Source: Octopus sinensis (Eukaryota). Taken from it: a DNA stretch of 64,000 nt. The DNA lies in NCBI RefSeq assembly GCF_006345805.1, contig NC_042997.1, forward strand, positions 190,588,001-190,652,000, written 5' to 3'. A program made the translations under genes and the position numbers. Under the pieces are notes generated by a model. That model was not told the origin of the DNA, ran no database searches, and saw only the letters and a list, made by a program, of their open reading frames with translations. Positions 36,347 through 49,229 of this stretch are shown here, piece by piece (within the stretch, counting starts at the first letter, position 1; each line of letters starts with the position of its first letter).

Positions 36347-39246
36347 TATCTCACTCACTAAAAATCGGTTTCGATAGACGGTGCCTGGGTCGCGAGATCC
36401 ATCGGGACGTTCATTTTATTCCAAGAAATGGATAGTTGAACTACAGTCCAGCAACCTCTCCTCAAGAGGAACACTAAAAAATCCACTGAAGGATAAACTA
36501 TAGAGCAGGCATCTGTTAAGAACATAATAGCCACAATTTTATTTTGTAACACATGTTTAATTCCACGTGAATCATCTGTTTTCTATCATGAGATATTGAT
36601 CTATCTTGTGATGGTACATATCTTATAGAAGTGGTGTTGCCAACAGCATAACGTATGCATTGTAAGATTTCAAGGACAAGAGACAGTTTGCTAAAATACA
36701 CAGGTCATAAAAAATTATGCAAGAATACAACAAAATCCAAAGAAGAAATACTTTAGATTGATTATTAATGTTAATATTTGAGAGGTCTCAGTAAATAAAA
36801 ACGGCTAATCCCAACGGTGCGAAGCATGTCAAACGTTGCACACAAAAACTGGAATATGATGACTGAATTGGAGCAAAAAGAAAAAAATATGACAGTGATA
36901 TTCCATCCACACAGACTACAGACTACATAGAGTTTTGTCATTCATAGTAATACAATGAATCTATAATATAGCTTTCAGACTACATCAGAGTACCTTTCAT
37001 AAGGGATATCCTTTAGGATATAATATAAAATGTATCAAACGTAAGAATAGGAGGAGAAAGAGAGTTAAAGATGAAGGTCGATAGATAAAGAGGAAGTATA
37101 AATGAAGGGGGAGAAACAGAGAGAGAAACAGAGAGACAGAAGAGAGAGAGAACAGTTGTAGGTGAAAGCAATTTTCAATATCACTCTCTTTTGCGTCTTT
37201 CCTCAGCAGCGTTACATTCCTTACAGATTCCCAGAGTTGTAAATTTTTCTAGCACTGTGCGGTAGCATTTTCGTCACAAAACAGATGGAATTGTCAAAGC
37301 TAAATCACAAGAACTTAGATATAAATAAATAAAAGTTGTTCATTGAACGAGATTGCAGAGACGTGACGTTAAAGCGAAATCGCAATTCGTTCTTTAAAGG
37401 ACCGGTACAAGGGCGAACTATGTGACTTTCCATCGGAGCTTTACTCAACTGACCAAGGCGAGTGATGGACCGCAGATCATCTTGGATTTTTGTGTCAATC
37501 TCGGTGGTCTCTCCTGGACTGTGACAGAAGAGGCAAAGTGCTGAGAAAAGCTAACGACGACAGCTGAATTACATTAAGTGGTTGTTTAGGAAGTAAATTA
37601 CCCGCTTTACATTCTCCGCCTTATGAACTTTACTAATGCATGTCAGATGTGTTCACTGATGCTTTAGCAGATGTCCACTGATATTGGCAACAATTTCTTA
37701 GACACTTGCCTGGCGATATATATATCCACGCATCCCACTCTCAAGATGTTTATTTCGGAGTTATTGTTTCTGTGAAGGATTATTAATACATTCTAGTTAT
37801 GGGGAACTGTTCATATAGACCCAGATCCATTGGAATTTTTTTTCATAGTCTACATTTTCCTGTTTTCCTCTTACCGAGCACCTAATATATACTTGTTTAA
37901 GAGTTGTGATTTCCATTCCCTCCCTCTCTGTTCCCAAGTTCGTAGGAATTACTTTATGGTTGTAATTCTATGAACTCTATCAATTCATTGTTATTGCGAG
38001 GAGTGAAGAGTGTTGCTGTTGGTTTTGTAATTGCCCTTACATTTATTGTTGTTATAGTTATGGTTTTTCATGTTTTTGACCAGTTATTATAGTTGATTTT
38101 ACTGTTCGTATTTGTTTTTGATATTTTTTAGCATCTGACAGGTCAGTCAAACACACTATTCTTCTCGGTAGTTTAGGTCTGCCAGCATTTCTGAATTTAA
38201 GGCTCTTTTTCCTTTTAGACCTGAACAAAGAGGAGTTTCCTCATTCAACTCTATCACTTTACGAGATGTTTAAAGAAGACAAAGACAATGGCATGTCCGA
38301 GAAAATTTCAGTTTTTTTTCTTTTTAAGTTATTCGCGCGAGAGCATTAGTGAAAAGGCTTTCATGAAGGAAAGATGCTTGCTTTTCAGATAATAATTTTA
38401 GCGGCTAAGTTAGCCTTTTTTTTCGTTTTGTTTTGTTAATGGTATTGACAGCAGTGTCGCTTGTATTGTAATCACTGCTTTATATAGAAGTAGAAAAACC
38501 TAAGAGGGTTAATACCACTGCAATAAAAGGGCTCTTTTTTTCTTTTTAATTTTTGTCCTTCAGCTTCACTGGCACCATAAATAATTGCGTTTCTTCAATA
38601 TGGAATTGATCTGTCAGTTTTACAGTTTGCTGCTGTGACTAATATTTAGTACCTAGATTTCCAACGGAGTTCCTGAACATTTTTCCTGAGAGGTAGACCG
38701 ATACATTGTATAACCTCGTTACTATTGTACTACCACAAAATTCCGCTAATCTGTGCTTCGTGCTACCAGTGCCATCTTAAGGCACATCTGGTAACTGTCC
38801 GAGAGCCTCACAGCCCAAGAGACTCAATGTTAATCTATGTGTGAGATCAATAATTACTACAGGCCCCAATGTATCACATTAGTTTATAATGCTATTAAGA
38901 AGACTAAATGAAATATTATCAACCGTCAATAAGTTTGGATGATAATCCACAAACGTAGCAATTAGACTAAATATCTCACAGATACCTGGCGCTAATAGAA
39001 TACTTCGCTTCTTTCTCACATTCTCACTTCTGCTGACCCATTATATTTTCTACGTACCGAAATGTTTTCAAACATCTTGATGCCTGATCACAATTTTTTA
39101 CTTCCTGTTTATGCACCAGTATGCAATTGTGCTCCTCGTTTCACTATTCAACTTTCGCTAATCCTAGATTAGAAGGAGATACCAAGAGTTTTAAATATCC
39201 TCCTTCATTATAGAATGTTTTGAAACGAATCTAATAATCTAATACG

Positions 39247-39643
39247 CGCAGAGGTGGCTGTGTGGTAAGTAGCTTGCTTACCAGCCACATGGCTCCGGGT
39301 TCAGTCCCACTGCGTGGTACCTTGGGCAAGTGTCTTCTACTATAGCCGCAGGCCGACCAAAGCCTTGTGAGTGGATTTGGTAGACGGAAACTGAAAGAAG
39401 CCTGTCGTATATATGTATTTGTATATATATATTTGTGTGTGTGTGTGTTTGTCCCCCAAACATCGCTTGACAACCGACGCTGGTGTGTTTACATCTCTCG
39501 TAACTTAGCGGTTCAGCGAAAGAGACCGATAGAATAAGTACTAGGCCTCCAAAGAATAAGTCCTGGGGTAGATTTGCTCGACTAGAAGCGGTGCTCCGGC
39601 ATGGCCGCAGTCAAATGACTGAAACAAGTAAAAGAGTAAAAGA
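39247..39643 (+). mobile_element. SINE family 1, near-consensus
   Basis: Complete head, internal microsatellite and tail. Confidence 0.9.
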
Positions 39644-39659
39644 TAGTATTATACCACCT

Positions 39660-42540
39660 CGTTCATCGTAGGGTACCAAGGGACGCGCTCCCTATAGTGC
39701 ACCATGATAGATTCGAAAAAGAAACTGCTGGAACTGACTCCCAAAATGACAGTGTAAACGGTAATTAGGACCGGGAAAACTTACTTTGAACTATTTGAAC
39801 ATCAACCACCAATAACACAAAGCAGAAAAGGATACCAGAGAAATATAAAGGGAAAATGAGCTTCTGAAGAGAATGTCAAAACTGGAAAAGCCAAAAAAAA
39901 GAAAAGTTAATAAAAAGTGAAAAAATAAGAGATGAACGAAGTCTTCCTACTAACAAAGAGATTCTGAGACAATACGTCCAATCGAAGAACAGAGGGTAAG
40001 AAGACAAGAAAAAGAAGTAAATTCTATTGACAGAGCAAGACCCAAACAAATTTTATAATGAAATTCAATTAGTGCTAAAGAAATTTTATAAGGAAATGGG
40101 GAAACAAGAAATTGAAATAAAAGATCCACTTAATATGAGTGAAGTTTAGGAATTTTGGAAGAACATCTTGAGTTTTCAAAAGAATATAAACGACGACACT
40201 GAACAGAGCTCAATATAATATAATTGAACGGGTATACGCTTGGAGGGAAAAAAAGTGTGCGGAAAGACTCGACAAAACATGAAGACCAATAAGCTAGAAA
40301 ATACACGCAGAGATATATTAAGAAAGAGAAGACTCATACAATCCGAGCAAGATGTTATAAGGGTGCAAACCAGCCCAGCGCATGAGTAAGTTATATTAAA
40401 CTAGCAGTATCGCCCGGCGTTGCTCGGATTTGTATGGGAAATAACTATAAAGCATTTTTAGAGAATTATAGCCAAAAAATAGCAAAAAAATGCATTAAAA
40501 TGGGAAAAAAATGATGGTAAACTTTTTTTAAAATCGTTGACTCATCGTAGACATTTTTAGAGAGTTACTTCCCTTATATAATAGCGAAAAAAATGCATTA
40601 AAATGGAAAACAATGATGGTAAATTATTTTTAAAATCGTAGACTCATCGTAGACGCGCGCTAATACCCAGAAGGGCTCAATATGAATCACGACTATAAGA
40701 TACCCGGTTTTGGTTAAACTGCACCGCAAAATGTGGGAGTAGTTAGGAATCTAAATCGTAGGAGACAGACACACAACCTTACTTTTATATATAAAGATGT
40801 ATATGATAGAATACTTGTAGTAGCTGTCCATAACAAGACTGTAGAAACTACGTGAAGATAAAAGTCAGGGGCCAGATGGCTATGAAAATTTTATCCTACT
40901 TCTTAAAATACATAAGAAAGATTTTGTACCAGAAAAGGAAGATATCATTAGAGAATTGAGTATAACCATATGCACTGAAATACTCAGAGACTAGCTGCCA
41001 CAATTCCAAAACAATAAAAAAATGCATGCCCGGTTAAAATGTATAATGCAGCAATGAAGGAAATAATGAAAGAAGAGGAAGCTAATCTAATAACCATGAA
41101 TAACCTTGGGTACTTGGGTCCTCTATGACAAAGGCTTTGGGCAACCAAATTGGATTTACAAATAAAGAGTAAACATGTCAACAAGAAATCAAAATGGAAA
41201 GCTAAAATACAAAAATAAATTAAATAACTGCGAAAGGAATTGTTGCTTGTTCATGAGCTTTCGGAGGCAATGTCCAAGCTAGAAAGGTATGAAAAGGCAA
41301 AAGAAAAATAGCAGATGAACAAAATCTTCCTACCATCAAAGAGATCCTGAAATGACGCATAAAATTCTAAGCACAGTGGATGAGAAAATATGGAAAAAGA
41401 AGTAAATTTATAGACAGCAAGAGTTTTTGAAACAAGTAAAGAAATTTTATAGAAAAATGGGGAAGCAGCCAAGAGAAATAAAGAATCGATCTAATAGGAA
41501 TGAAATTGAGAAATTTTGGAAGAACATCTGGAGTATTCAAAAGAAAATAAGAAATCAAGTTGGATTAAAAGGGAAAATGTGCAGATGAAAGATGTGAAAC
41601 AGTAAAAACGGGTAGAGATGGGAGTGACGAGCTAAGGCAGGTCTCTAGAAAAACACAAAAATACAAGTAGTCGCCACGAAAAGATCAAATGCTAAATAAT
41701 TATATAAATACAGGAATACATAAAGCACTGGTCAATGAAATGACTGCGCTGATGCAAAACCATGAGAATGTCTGTTACTGGTTGACAGAAAGCATAACGT
41801 GCCTTCTACCGAAAACACCAAAACCCAAAAAGAAAAGAAACTATAGACCTACTATATGCCTTACTACAACATACAAACTTCTGACTTCAATGCATCTCAC
41901 TGAAAGAGTTTTTTATTAAGAAAACGCCTCATTCCACGGGAATACAAAGGAGGTAAACAAACTCAGCGCATGTAAAGACCAAGTGGAACCAGAAAATTGC
42001 CATAAAAAGAATATGAAATTCAGTAATGCATCCAATGATTACCGAAAATATTTCGACAGTTTTCCCCATAAGTGGATACAGAACACTTTCTTCGACGTAG
42101 CATGACAAAATAGGTAATATCTCCCTTTTTAAATCAAATTAAACTATGAAAGTTTAGGTAAATTCATTTTGCCTATCATGTGCCGTATGATATTTTCCCA
42201 CTTTTTGTGGACGGAATAATACAGTGTATTTATAGAAACTAACATAACACAACTACAACAACAGAAAAATCAATCACTTATTCGTTATGGACCTCCAGAA
42301 ACTATATGCCTTGCATGACCTGAAGTTAGAAGGACTCTCTACCAACGTTAAAGCAGTTGAGCAACGATATAGAAATGGGATTTGGATTTGTTGAGTGTAC
42401 AAAAGCAACTGCTTTCAAAAGGGGAAAGTTCATCGCTGTATCATCCATTAAGCCCCACCTAGGCAGCACTACAAAAAAGAAATAAAATAAACAATCATGA
42501 GGGTATCTACAAATATTTGGGTATGAAGAAGGGGGCCGGA
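39660..42540 (+). pseudogene. Decayed R4/Dong-type non-LTR retrotransposon fragments
   Basis: NYRPTICLTTTYKLLTS, ENCHKK.....DYRK.FDS.PH.WI, LKQLSNDIEMGFG...C and YKYLG; the KFY..MG...FWKNI segment occurs twice (about 40080 and 41450). Confidence 0.75.
40401..40797 (-). mobile_element. Non-autonomous Helitron
   Basis: Minus strand starts A|TCTTTATATATAAAAG and ends CCGAGCAACGCCGGGCGATACTGCTAG|T (hairpin plus CTAG, AT target, no TSD). Confidence 0.85.
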
Positions 42541-42544
42541 ATCC

Positions 42545-43348
42545 GTTATACTGAAATGGAGGAAAGAATCGTAATGGATAATCCCTTCCCAGTCCCACCA
42601 TACACTTCAACATCGTTTTACGCGGATGAAGATCTTGTTTCACGCGTGGTATCGCTTGTTTATGCTGCTTCATATTGATATACAGGCACCACTTTTCTCG
42701 CCAATTACGATTCGGTAAAGAAATCGTTACTTGTGTCTATAAGTTGAGCGGTGACGAGCAAGCAAACCAGCGGAGAGTGTGGTTCGTTGATTTTTGTTGT
42801 TGTCGCTTAAAGCATGCGGAACCCATGCTCCATACTGCTGAACATTTCCCATTGAGTGAAGATACTTCTCTATAGCAGTGTGGGAGCATTCCATTTTCTC
42901 TGCCAATTCCCTTGTCGTTTGACGAGAATTTTCGTGCAAAAGTTGGTTTAATCGTTCTTCATCAAACTCAACTGGACGGCCAGAACGAGGTGCGTTTTTG
43001 AGATCAAAATTTCCATTTTTGAACTTGGCATACCAACCACGAGCGGTTCTTTCAGCTATGGCATCCTCTCTATACACAGCACAAATGTCGCGAGCAGCTT
43101 TTGCGGCCTTAAAACCTTGATTAAAAGCAAAAAGGAGGTTTCGAAAATGCTCGTTTTTTTTTTAACTTGACATTTCATTTTAATGATCTGAAAATAAACA
43201 AAAATTAACTAAAATTAAATAGAAAAAAAGGATTAAAAAATGATTCAAAAATAGAATTCTCGAAAAAAAATTGATTGCAAAATTTAAAAAACGCAATAAA
43301 TTCCAAATTTTAAAAAAAAATGGTGGTAACTTAGTTGCCAACCGAATA
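42545..43348 (-). mobile_element. Mariner transposon, 3'-truncated
   Basis: 116 aa ORF 42727-43077 with PRSGRP and WVPHAL motifs; downstream RVKQDLHPRKTML...WEGIIHY; TIR-like TATTCGGTTGGCAACTAAGT at 43329-43348. Confidence 0.9.
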
Positions 43349-43712
43349 TTTGATCTTCAGAGAATGGATGGAAAAACACGATGTCCTCTTAACGTCAACA
43401 AAAAACGCAAACATATTAAGGCAGGCATCAACCAGCCAACATAAATTATGGAAACATATTTCAACAAAATCAAACATTAGAAGAATATATTTGTAAAAGG
43501 GGGAGAATATTGAGGATAAATATTCAACCCGTAAAGTTTTTGTAGTACTAATGACGCTATCGAAGATAAATGCTAACATCGTTGCGAGGACATTGACCTG
43601 AATCTTTCAACGGATTTACGAACCTGAAATATCATCAATAATGTTCACGTTGTTCTTTTTTACACATGCTGATACGTTAACATTGGAATAATCACTGCAA
43701 ACGTTTACTACC

Positions 43713-44088
43713 TCTATAATAAAGCTGAAGTTATCTGTGTATGGCAAGTTTGGTAGCCTTCAACTAACACTATCTCCTCCGAGAACCTGCGGCGCAAGTT
43801 GACCAAAACTGAGAGCATGCTAGATGAAGGCTTGCTCTTCCTTCCGTAGAAGAAAAAATTCAAACGGACCATGTTAAGAACAAAAATTATTAACATCAAA
43901 AAGGTGTTTTTTTTCTATGAAAAGTCCTATTTTTTTACGATATTTTGACTGCTGTGTCCCCATTTTTCGGTGTATTTCAACCAGAAAAATGTTCACTTAA
44001 AGCTACATAATGCAAAAGTTTTACTTTTCAAAAATTCCAATTCTAAAGAGTCGAAACAAACCCGAGCAACGCCGGGCGATACTGCTAG
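43713..44088 (+). mobile_element. Non-autonomous Helitron (different body)
   Basis: Starts TCTATAATAAAGC and ends ACAAACCCGAGCAACGCCGGGCGATACTGCTAG|T. Confidence 0.75.
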
Positions 44089-44487
44089 TAAATGGATAAA
44101 AAGCAACACTGAGCAACGAGAGAGGAAAAGGAACATTTGGCATAAAGAAAAGTCAAAATAAAAATCTAGATTCGCATTCCATAGAACATAGGCCATCGAC
44201 AACTTTTCCCCATTCTTCCCGACATTGGGCTGTCTTTTCCTTTCTCTCCCAGGTTGTTGGTTTGAATTGTCATTGATGCTTCTGTAACTTCGTTTTTTTA
44301 TAAAGCTGTGGTGGTGACCCTGTGAAAACCCATTTTTGCCTCTAGGAAGAGGTGGTCCATATTAGTCTATCATCTATCCTTTGACCTGTCCAGCATGGTA
44401 GGCGCTACCAAGAATTTTTACTCTGTTGTCATGGTTCCCAGGGTTATTGACTGGATAGAACTGCTTTCAACTACTAGGTTTAGTATC

Positions 44488-44730
44488 ATTTCTCTCTCTC
44501 TCCTCTCTCTCTCTTTTTCTCTCTACCTATTTCTACCAATCTATCTCTGTCTCACTATCTCTATCTCCACCTTATTCTCTCTCTTTCTATATCTCTCTCT
44601 CTCACTTCAACTCTCTCTGTCTCTTTCTTTCTTTTTATTGTTTTCTCTCTCTCTCTCTCTCTCTCTCTCTTTACTCTCTTCCCACCTCTTCTATCGTTAT
44701 CTCTAACCTTTCCTCTCTCTTTCACTTTCG
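44488..44730. repeat. (CT)n-rich tract
   Basis: Direct inspection. Confidence 0.9.
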
Positions 44731-44944
44731 GATTCACATACGAGAAGGAGCCAAAAGAGGAATATTCGCATAGTGTTGTTACTGTTCTTTTCGTCATCAC
44801 ACTGTCTGCAGCTCAATAAAAGACCGACCTTAATTTAAATAATACCGACACCATACCTCACTAACTACTTTCTCTGTTGTCAAAGTTGCCCTTCATTAAC
44901 CCATTGCGTCATCAGTACCGTCTTTATCCTTTTCTTTTTTTCTC

Positions 44945-45244
44945 GCCCTTTTCAAGCCTAGCCAGGCTCATGGGCCCGGTTTCCCGGTTTCTGTGGCGTA
45001 TATCTTCCCCCCAGCTGGACAGGACGCCCGTCCAACGCAGCGTTACTGAAGAAAAAGGAAGAGAGAGTGAGAGAAAGTTGTGGCGAAAGAGTACAACAGG
45101 ATCGCCACCACCCTCTGCAGGAGCTTCGTAGATCTTTAGGTGTTTTCGCTCAATAAACACACACAACGCCCGGTCTAGAAATCGAAACCTCGATCCTCCG
45201 ACCGCGAGTCCGCTGCCCTAACCACTGGGCCATTGCGCCTCCAC
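44945..45244 (-). mobile_element. SINE family 2 variant: tail type c with a replaced central domain
   Basis: Head and tail match 60506-60765; the middle (45050-45160) does not. Confidence 0.75.
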
Positions 45245-45322
45245 ACCGTCTATATCCTAACCCACCAAAAATATAAACTTTGTTGGTCCATAAGAAAGTA
45301 GTATTTTCTTTAGAGGAATACC

Positions 45323-45737
45323 TATTTCTTTACTACCCACAAGGGGCTAAACACAGAGGGGACAAACAAGGACAGGCAAACGGATTAAGTCGATTACATC
45401 GACTCCAGTGCGTAACTGGTACTTAATTTATCAACCCCGAGAGGATGAAAGGCAAAGTCGACCTCGGCGGAATTTGAACTCAGAACGTAGCGACAGGCGA
45501 AATACCTATTTCTTTATTACCCACAAGGGGCTAAACATAGAAGGGACAAAACGGACGGACATAGGTATTAAGTCGGTTACATCGACCCCCAGTGCGTAAC
45601 TGGTACTTAATTTATCGACCCCGAAAGGATGAAAAGCAAAGTCGACCTTGGCGGAGTTTGAACTCAGAACGCAGCGGCAGACGAAATACTGCTAAGCATT
45701 TCGCCCGGCGTGCTAACGTTTTTGCCAGCTCGCCGCC
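45323..45737 (-). mobile_element. SINE family 3 dimer with 18 bp TSD
   Basis: TSD TTTCTTTAGAGGAATACC at 45305-45322 and 45738-45755 (minus strand begins GGTAT); internal tail|GGTATTTC junction at 45506. Confidence 0.92.
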
Positions 45738-46869
45738 TTTCTTTAGAGGAATACCATAAAATAAAAACTTAAACCGTAGTAGAGGCAACCCCATGACTTG
45801 GTTTCGATTCTTAGTTGAAGCTACTTCACTTACTCTGTTAATACCCTTCTTAAAACATTAACGTTTCAACAACAGCGATTTCGCCTTCTCTATAAATCTA
45901 GAACCTTATGCCCTTCATAAAATTAAATCAATATTTACTGTGAATTTATGTAGCCATAGTGCTAAAGTTGAACACATTATGAAAACTAGTTTTATCAATG
46001 TTGAAATACATAAAAACAAAACTAAACAGATATTTCATGTTAAAATAATCTAGTCTTTCAGGATTTTCAATTGCTCCATGATGCAAATTTTCCATTAGAA
46101 AAAAGTAATTGCAGTCCTTGTAAAACATTACTTAAATGTTGAGTTTGAACTTAAAAAAAAAAATACTAATAATAAATCAATGCTAAAACGCGCATGCTCA
46201 CAAAATTGCAAGTCATTTTTCATTTCCGAATCACATGAAGTTCAATGCTTGGAAATGACTACAAATTTATTTTTACTGATTGGTCTTACGCCAAAAATGT
46301 TTAGTGAAACAAAACTACCTATAAATAACAAAAACAAATCAACAGTACATTGATAAATCAATAACTTCAATATTAAATTTCCAACATTTGCAGTTCTAGT
46401 TTGTTGTCTAGCCAATAAAGGAAATTCACCAAGAAAAGAGAAAATATTCACTAAGATTAAAAAAAAAACAAAGAGAATAGATAGTAAAAACATGATGATG
46501 AAGAATGCTCAAAACCAATCTTTCAATGTTTACATTTAACGCTTCCTTACAACTCCATTTAAAACGCATTTCAAAGTATTTTTATAATTATTTTTATCTA
46601 CAGTCAAAAACTAACTGTAACCTTTTAGTGACGGTATTTTACGTTTATTCGAGCGGAATATTATTTTTTTTTATTTATTGATGCTTAATATTACTCCAGG
46701 ATGAAGTTGTTTTACTTCTGTCGTTTCGCTAATGTCTATGGCAAAAGAATAAATGCCGCAAAATCTCATTTACCTTCTTAGATAAACATGAAGCTTACTG
46801 CCAATATAAACTATCCACGTTTACGTTGCTCATCAAACAGTATATACGATATGTACCATATCGCTTTAA

Positions 46870-47272
46870 TCTCTTTTACTTGTTTCAGTCATTTGTACTG
46901 TGGCCATGCTGGAGCACCACCGCCTTTAGTCGAGCAAATCGACCCCAGGACTTATTCTTTGGAAGCTTAGTACTCATTCTATCGGTCTTTTTTGCCGAAC
47001 CGCTAAGTTATGAGGACGTAAACACACCAATATCGGTTGTCAAGCGATGTTGGGGGAACAAACACAGACACACAAACATATACACACACACACATGCATA
47101 TATATAGACATATATACGACGGGCTTCTTTCAGTTTCCGTCTACCCAATCCACTCACAAGGCTTTGGTCGGCCCGAGGCTATAGTAGGAGACACTTGGCC
47201 AAAGTACCACGCAGTGGGACTGAAACCGGACCATGTGGTTGGTAAGCAAGCTACTTACCACACAGCCACTCC
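46870..47272 (-). mobile_element. SINE family 1
   Basis: Full homology. Confidence 0.9.
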
Positions 47273-47274
47273 AA

Positions 47275-47334
<60 letters not shown>

Positions 47335-47424
47335 CGAATATTCGTTATAAATACCACGACCAGTGGTCTAGCGTATATAATAGTCAATAGACAACATATT
47401 CATATTTTTAAAATAGTGTACATT

Positions 47425-47590
47425 TAAACAGAAAAGAAAACTACCATTTAACAGGTAATTTTTACATGCTAGGAATAGCAGCCAACACGGCCAAACCCAC
47501 GAAAATTGCTATTAAATCGTGGTTTGGCCGTGTTGGCTGCTTTTTCCTAGCATGCAAAATTTACCTGTTAAATTGTAGTTTTCTTTTGTT

Positions 47591-47592
<2 letters not shown>
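47425..47592. repeat. Foldback palindrome (~76 bp arms, 14 nt loop)
   Basis: Left arm 47425-47502, right arm 47517-47592, followed by (TA)n. Confidence 0.9.
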
Positions 47593-47648
<56 letters not shown>

Positions 47649-47653
<5 letters not shown>

Positions 47654-47750
47654 GTTATGGTGAATTGAAGAAATGGAGCTGAACGCAGATTGAACAGATT
47701 CTGTTCAATCTGCGTTCAGCTCCATTTCTTCAATTCACCAATAACGTTTT
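47649..47750. repeat. Near-perfect palindrome (49 bp arms, 3 nt loop)
   Basis: AAAACGTTATGGTG...TGAACAG att CTGTTCA...CACCAATAACGTTTT; one extra A in the right arm. Confidence 0.92.
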
Positions 47751-47899
47751 AATTTCAATTATCCGCACCAACGCACGGTTGCAACGCCAGATGGTTGTAC
47801 CTCCAACCGTGCTGTTTACTGCTGTGATTTTTGCTACTAAGGTATCGGTTAAACTTTTGATTAATCTACTACAAGATTATTCATCTTTCTATTCACATA

Positions 47900-47957
<58 letters not shown>

Positions 47958-48529
47958 ATAAATAAAATATATGCATACATACAAACATATATGTACGTAC
48001 CTACATCTACATGCATATATACATGCATATATAAATATATATATACGTGAGTACAGGACACCACAACTAGACGTAGAACTCAACGAGAAACGAAAACGGA
48101 AAAGCCATTTTTTTACGGAACTCAACGAGAAACGAAAACGAGAAAAACAAAATTTTTTTACAACAGAAAAACAGAGTACAGGACATACTATACAAGGAAA
48201 AATCCCCAATCATCAGCTGTCGCTAGTTAGACTCAAGCGTGTTTCAAATATATGTATGTATACAAATTTTTCATCGGCTAGACTATTTAAAAGCAACGTT
48301 GAATAAGAGAGAACCTTGTGGCTAGACAAGGTCGTGAACTGATTTTGACCTTGGTCTAATTCACGTCTATTTCACTTTTTTTTCAGTTGTCTTTGCAAAA
48401 GGCATCATTGTAGCCCTGAAATATTATGTAATATAACGTTCTTCAAATATTAATAATCGTGAAGATTTACGTCAGTCTTCATTATCAACACCATCATCAT
48501 CATCATCATTATTATTATTATTGAGAGAG

Positions 48530-49075
48530 AGAGCAGTGCATGCCATCAAAGTGACATTGGGGTAAAATATACGAAGCCCAATATACCCATCATGACTACC
48601 CGTCTGATAAGGATATACTAGGCACATGCATCATAACCATATGAGCGCGACATGGTGATCTCATATCAAGATAAACAGCGCATGGCCTTGCAGGTGGGGC
48701 CCAGTTAGAATTTTCTTCTGGTCGAGTAACACATCCCGCTCAATAGGTCCCTGAATAAGGGTTATTTAACGATGTTAAACGAAACACCCATGTTTCCAGA
48801 GGTGAATTATTCAAACTCCAAAGAATCCCTCTCAACACATGGCTATGATGCTCCCCCACTACTTCTGCCCATGATCAGAGATACACGTATCATCAGCCAC
48901 TAAGGGACATGGTCAACTGGTTAAGATCAAACAAATGACAAGCAAATATGTGGTATTGTGCAGAATATTTGCTGTAGCCCATCTTTTGTACCAAGGCAAA
49001 ACAATGTACATGACAACACTTCCAATCAGTTAAGATCAGAAGCCACGAGAGCCACTGCTTGGTACTGTATCAGGG
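48530..49075 (-). mobile_element. ~550 bp (AAT)n-tailed element, inverted copy
   Basis: Reverse-complement homology to 4780-5340; flanked by (ATT)n and (ATC)n. Confidence 0.8.
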
Positions 49076-49229
49076 CATTTATTACCATCATCATCATCAT
49101 CATCGTCATCGTCATCATCATCATCATCATCATCATCAGCGTCACCGTCGTCGTCGTCGTTGGTGGTGTTGTTGTTGTTGTTGTTGCTGTTGTTGTTGTT
49201 TTTGTTGTTCTTATCATTATTATTTTCTA

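Noticed and set aside
37400-38260. Possible further LINE endonuclease remnant on the minus strand
   Set aside because: Too decayed for any diagnostic motif to be read with confidence.
48190-48250. GAAA...CTGATGA on the minus strand (possible type II hammerhead)
   Set aside because: Stems I, II and III cannot be formed.
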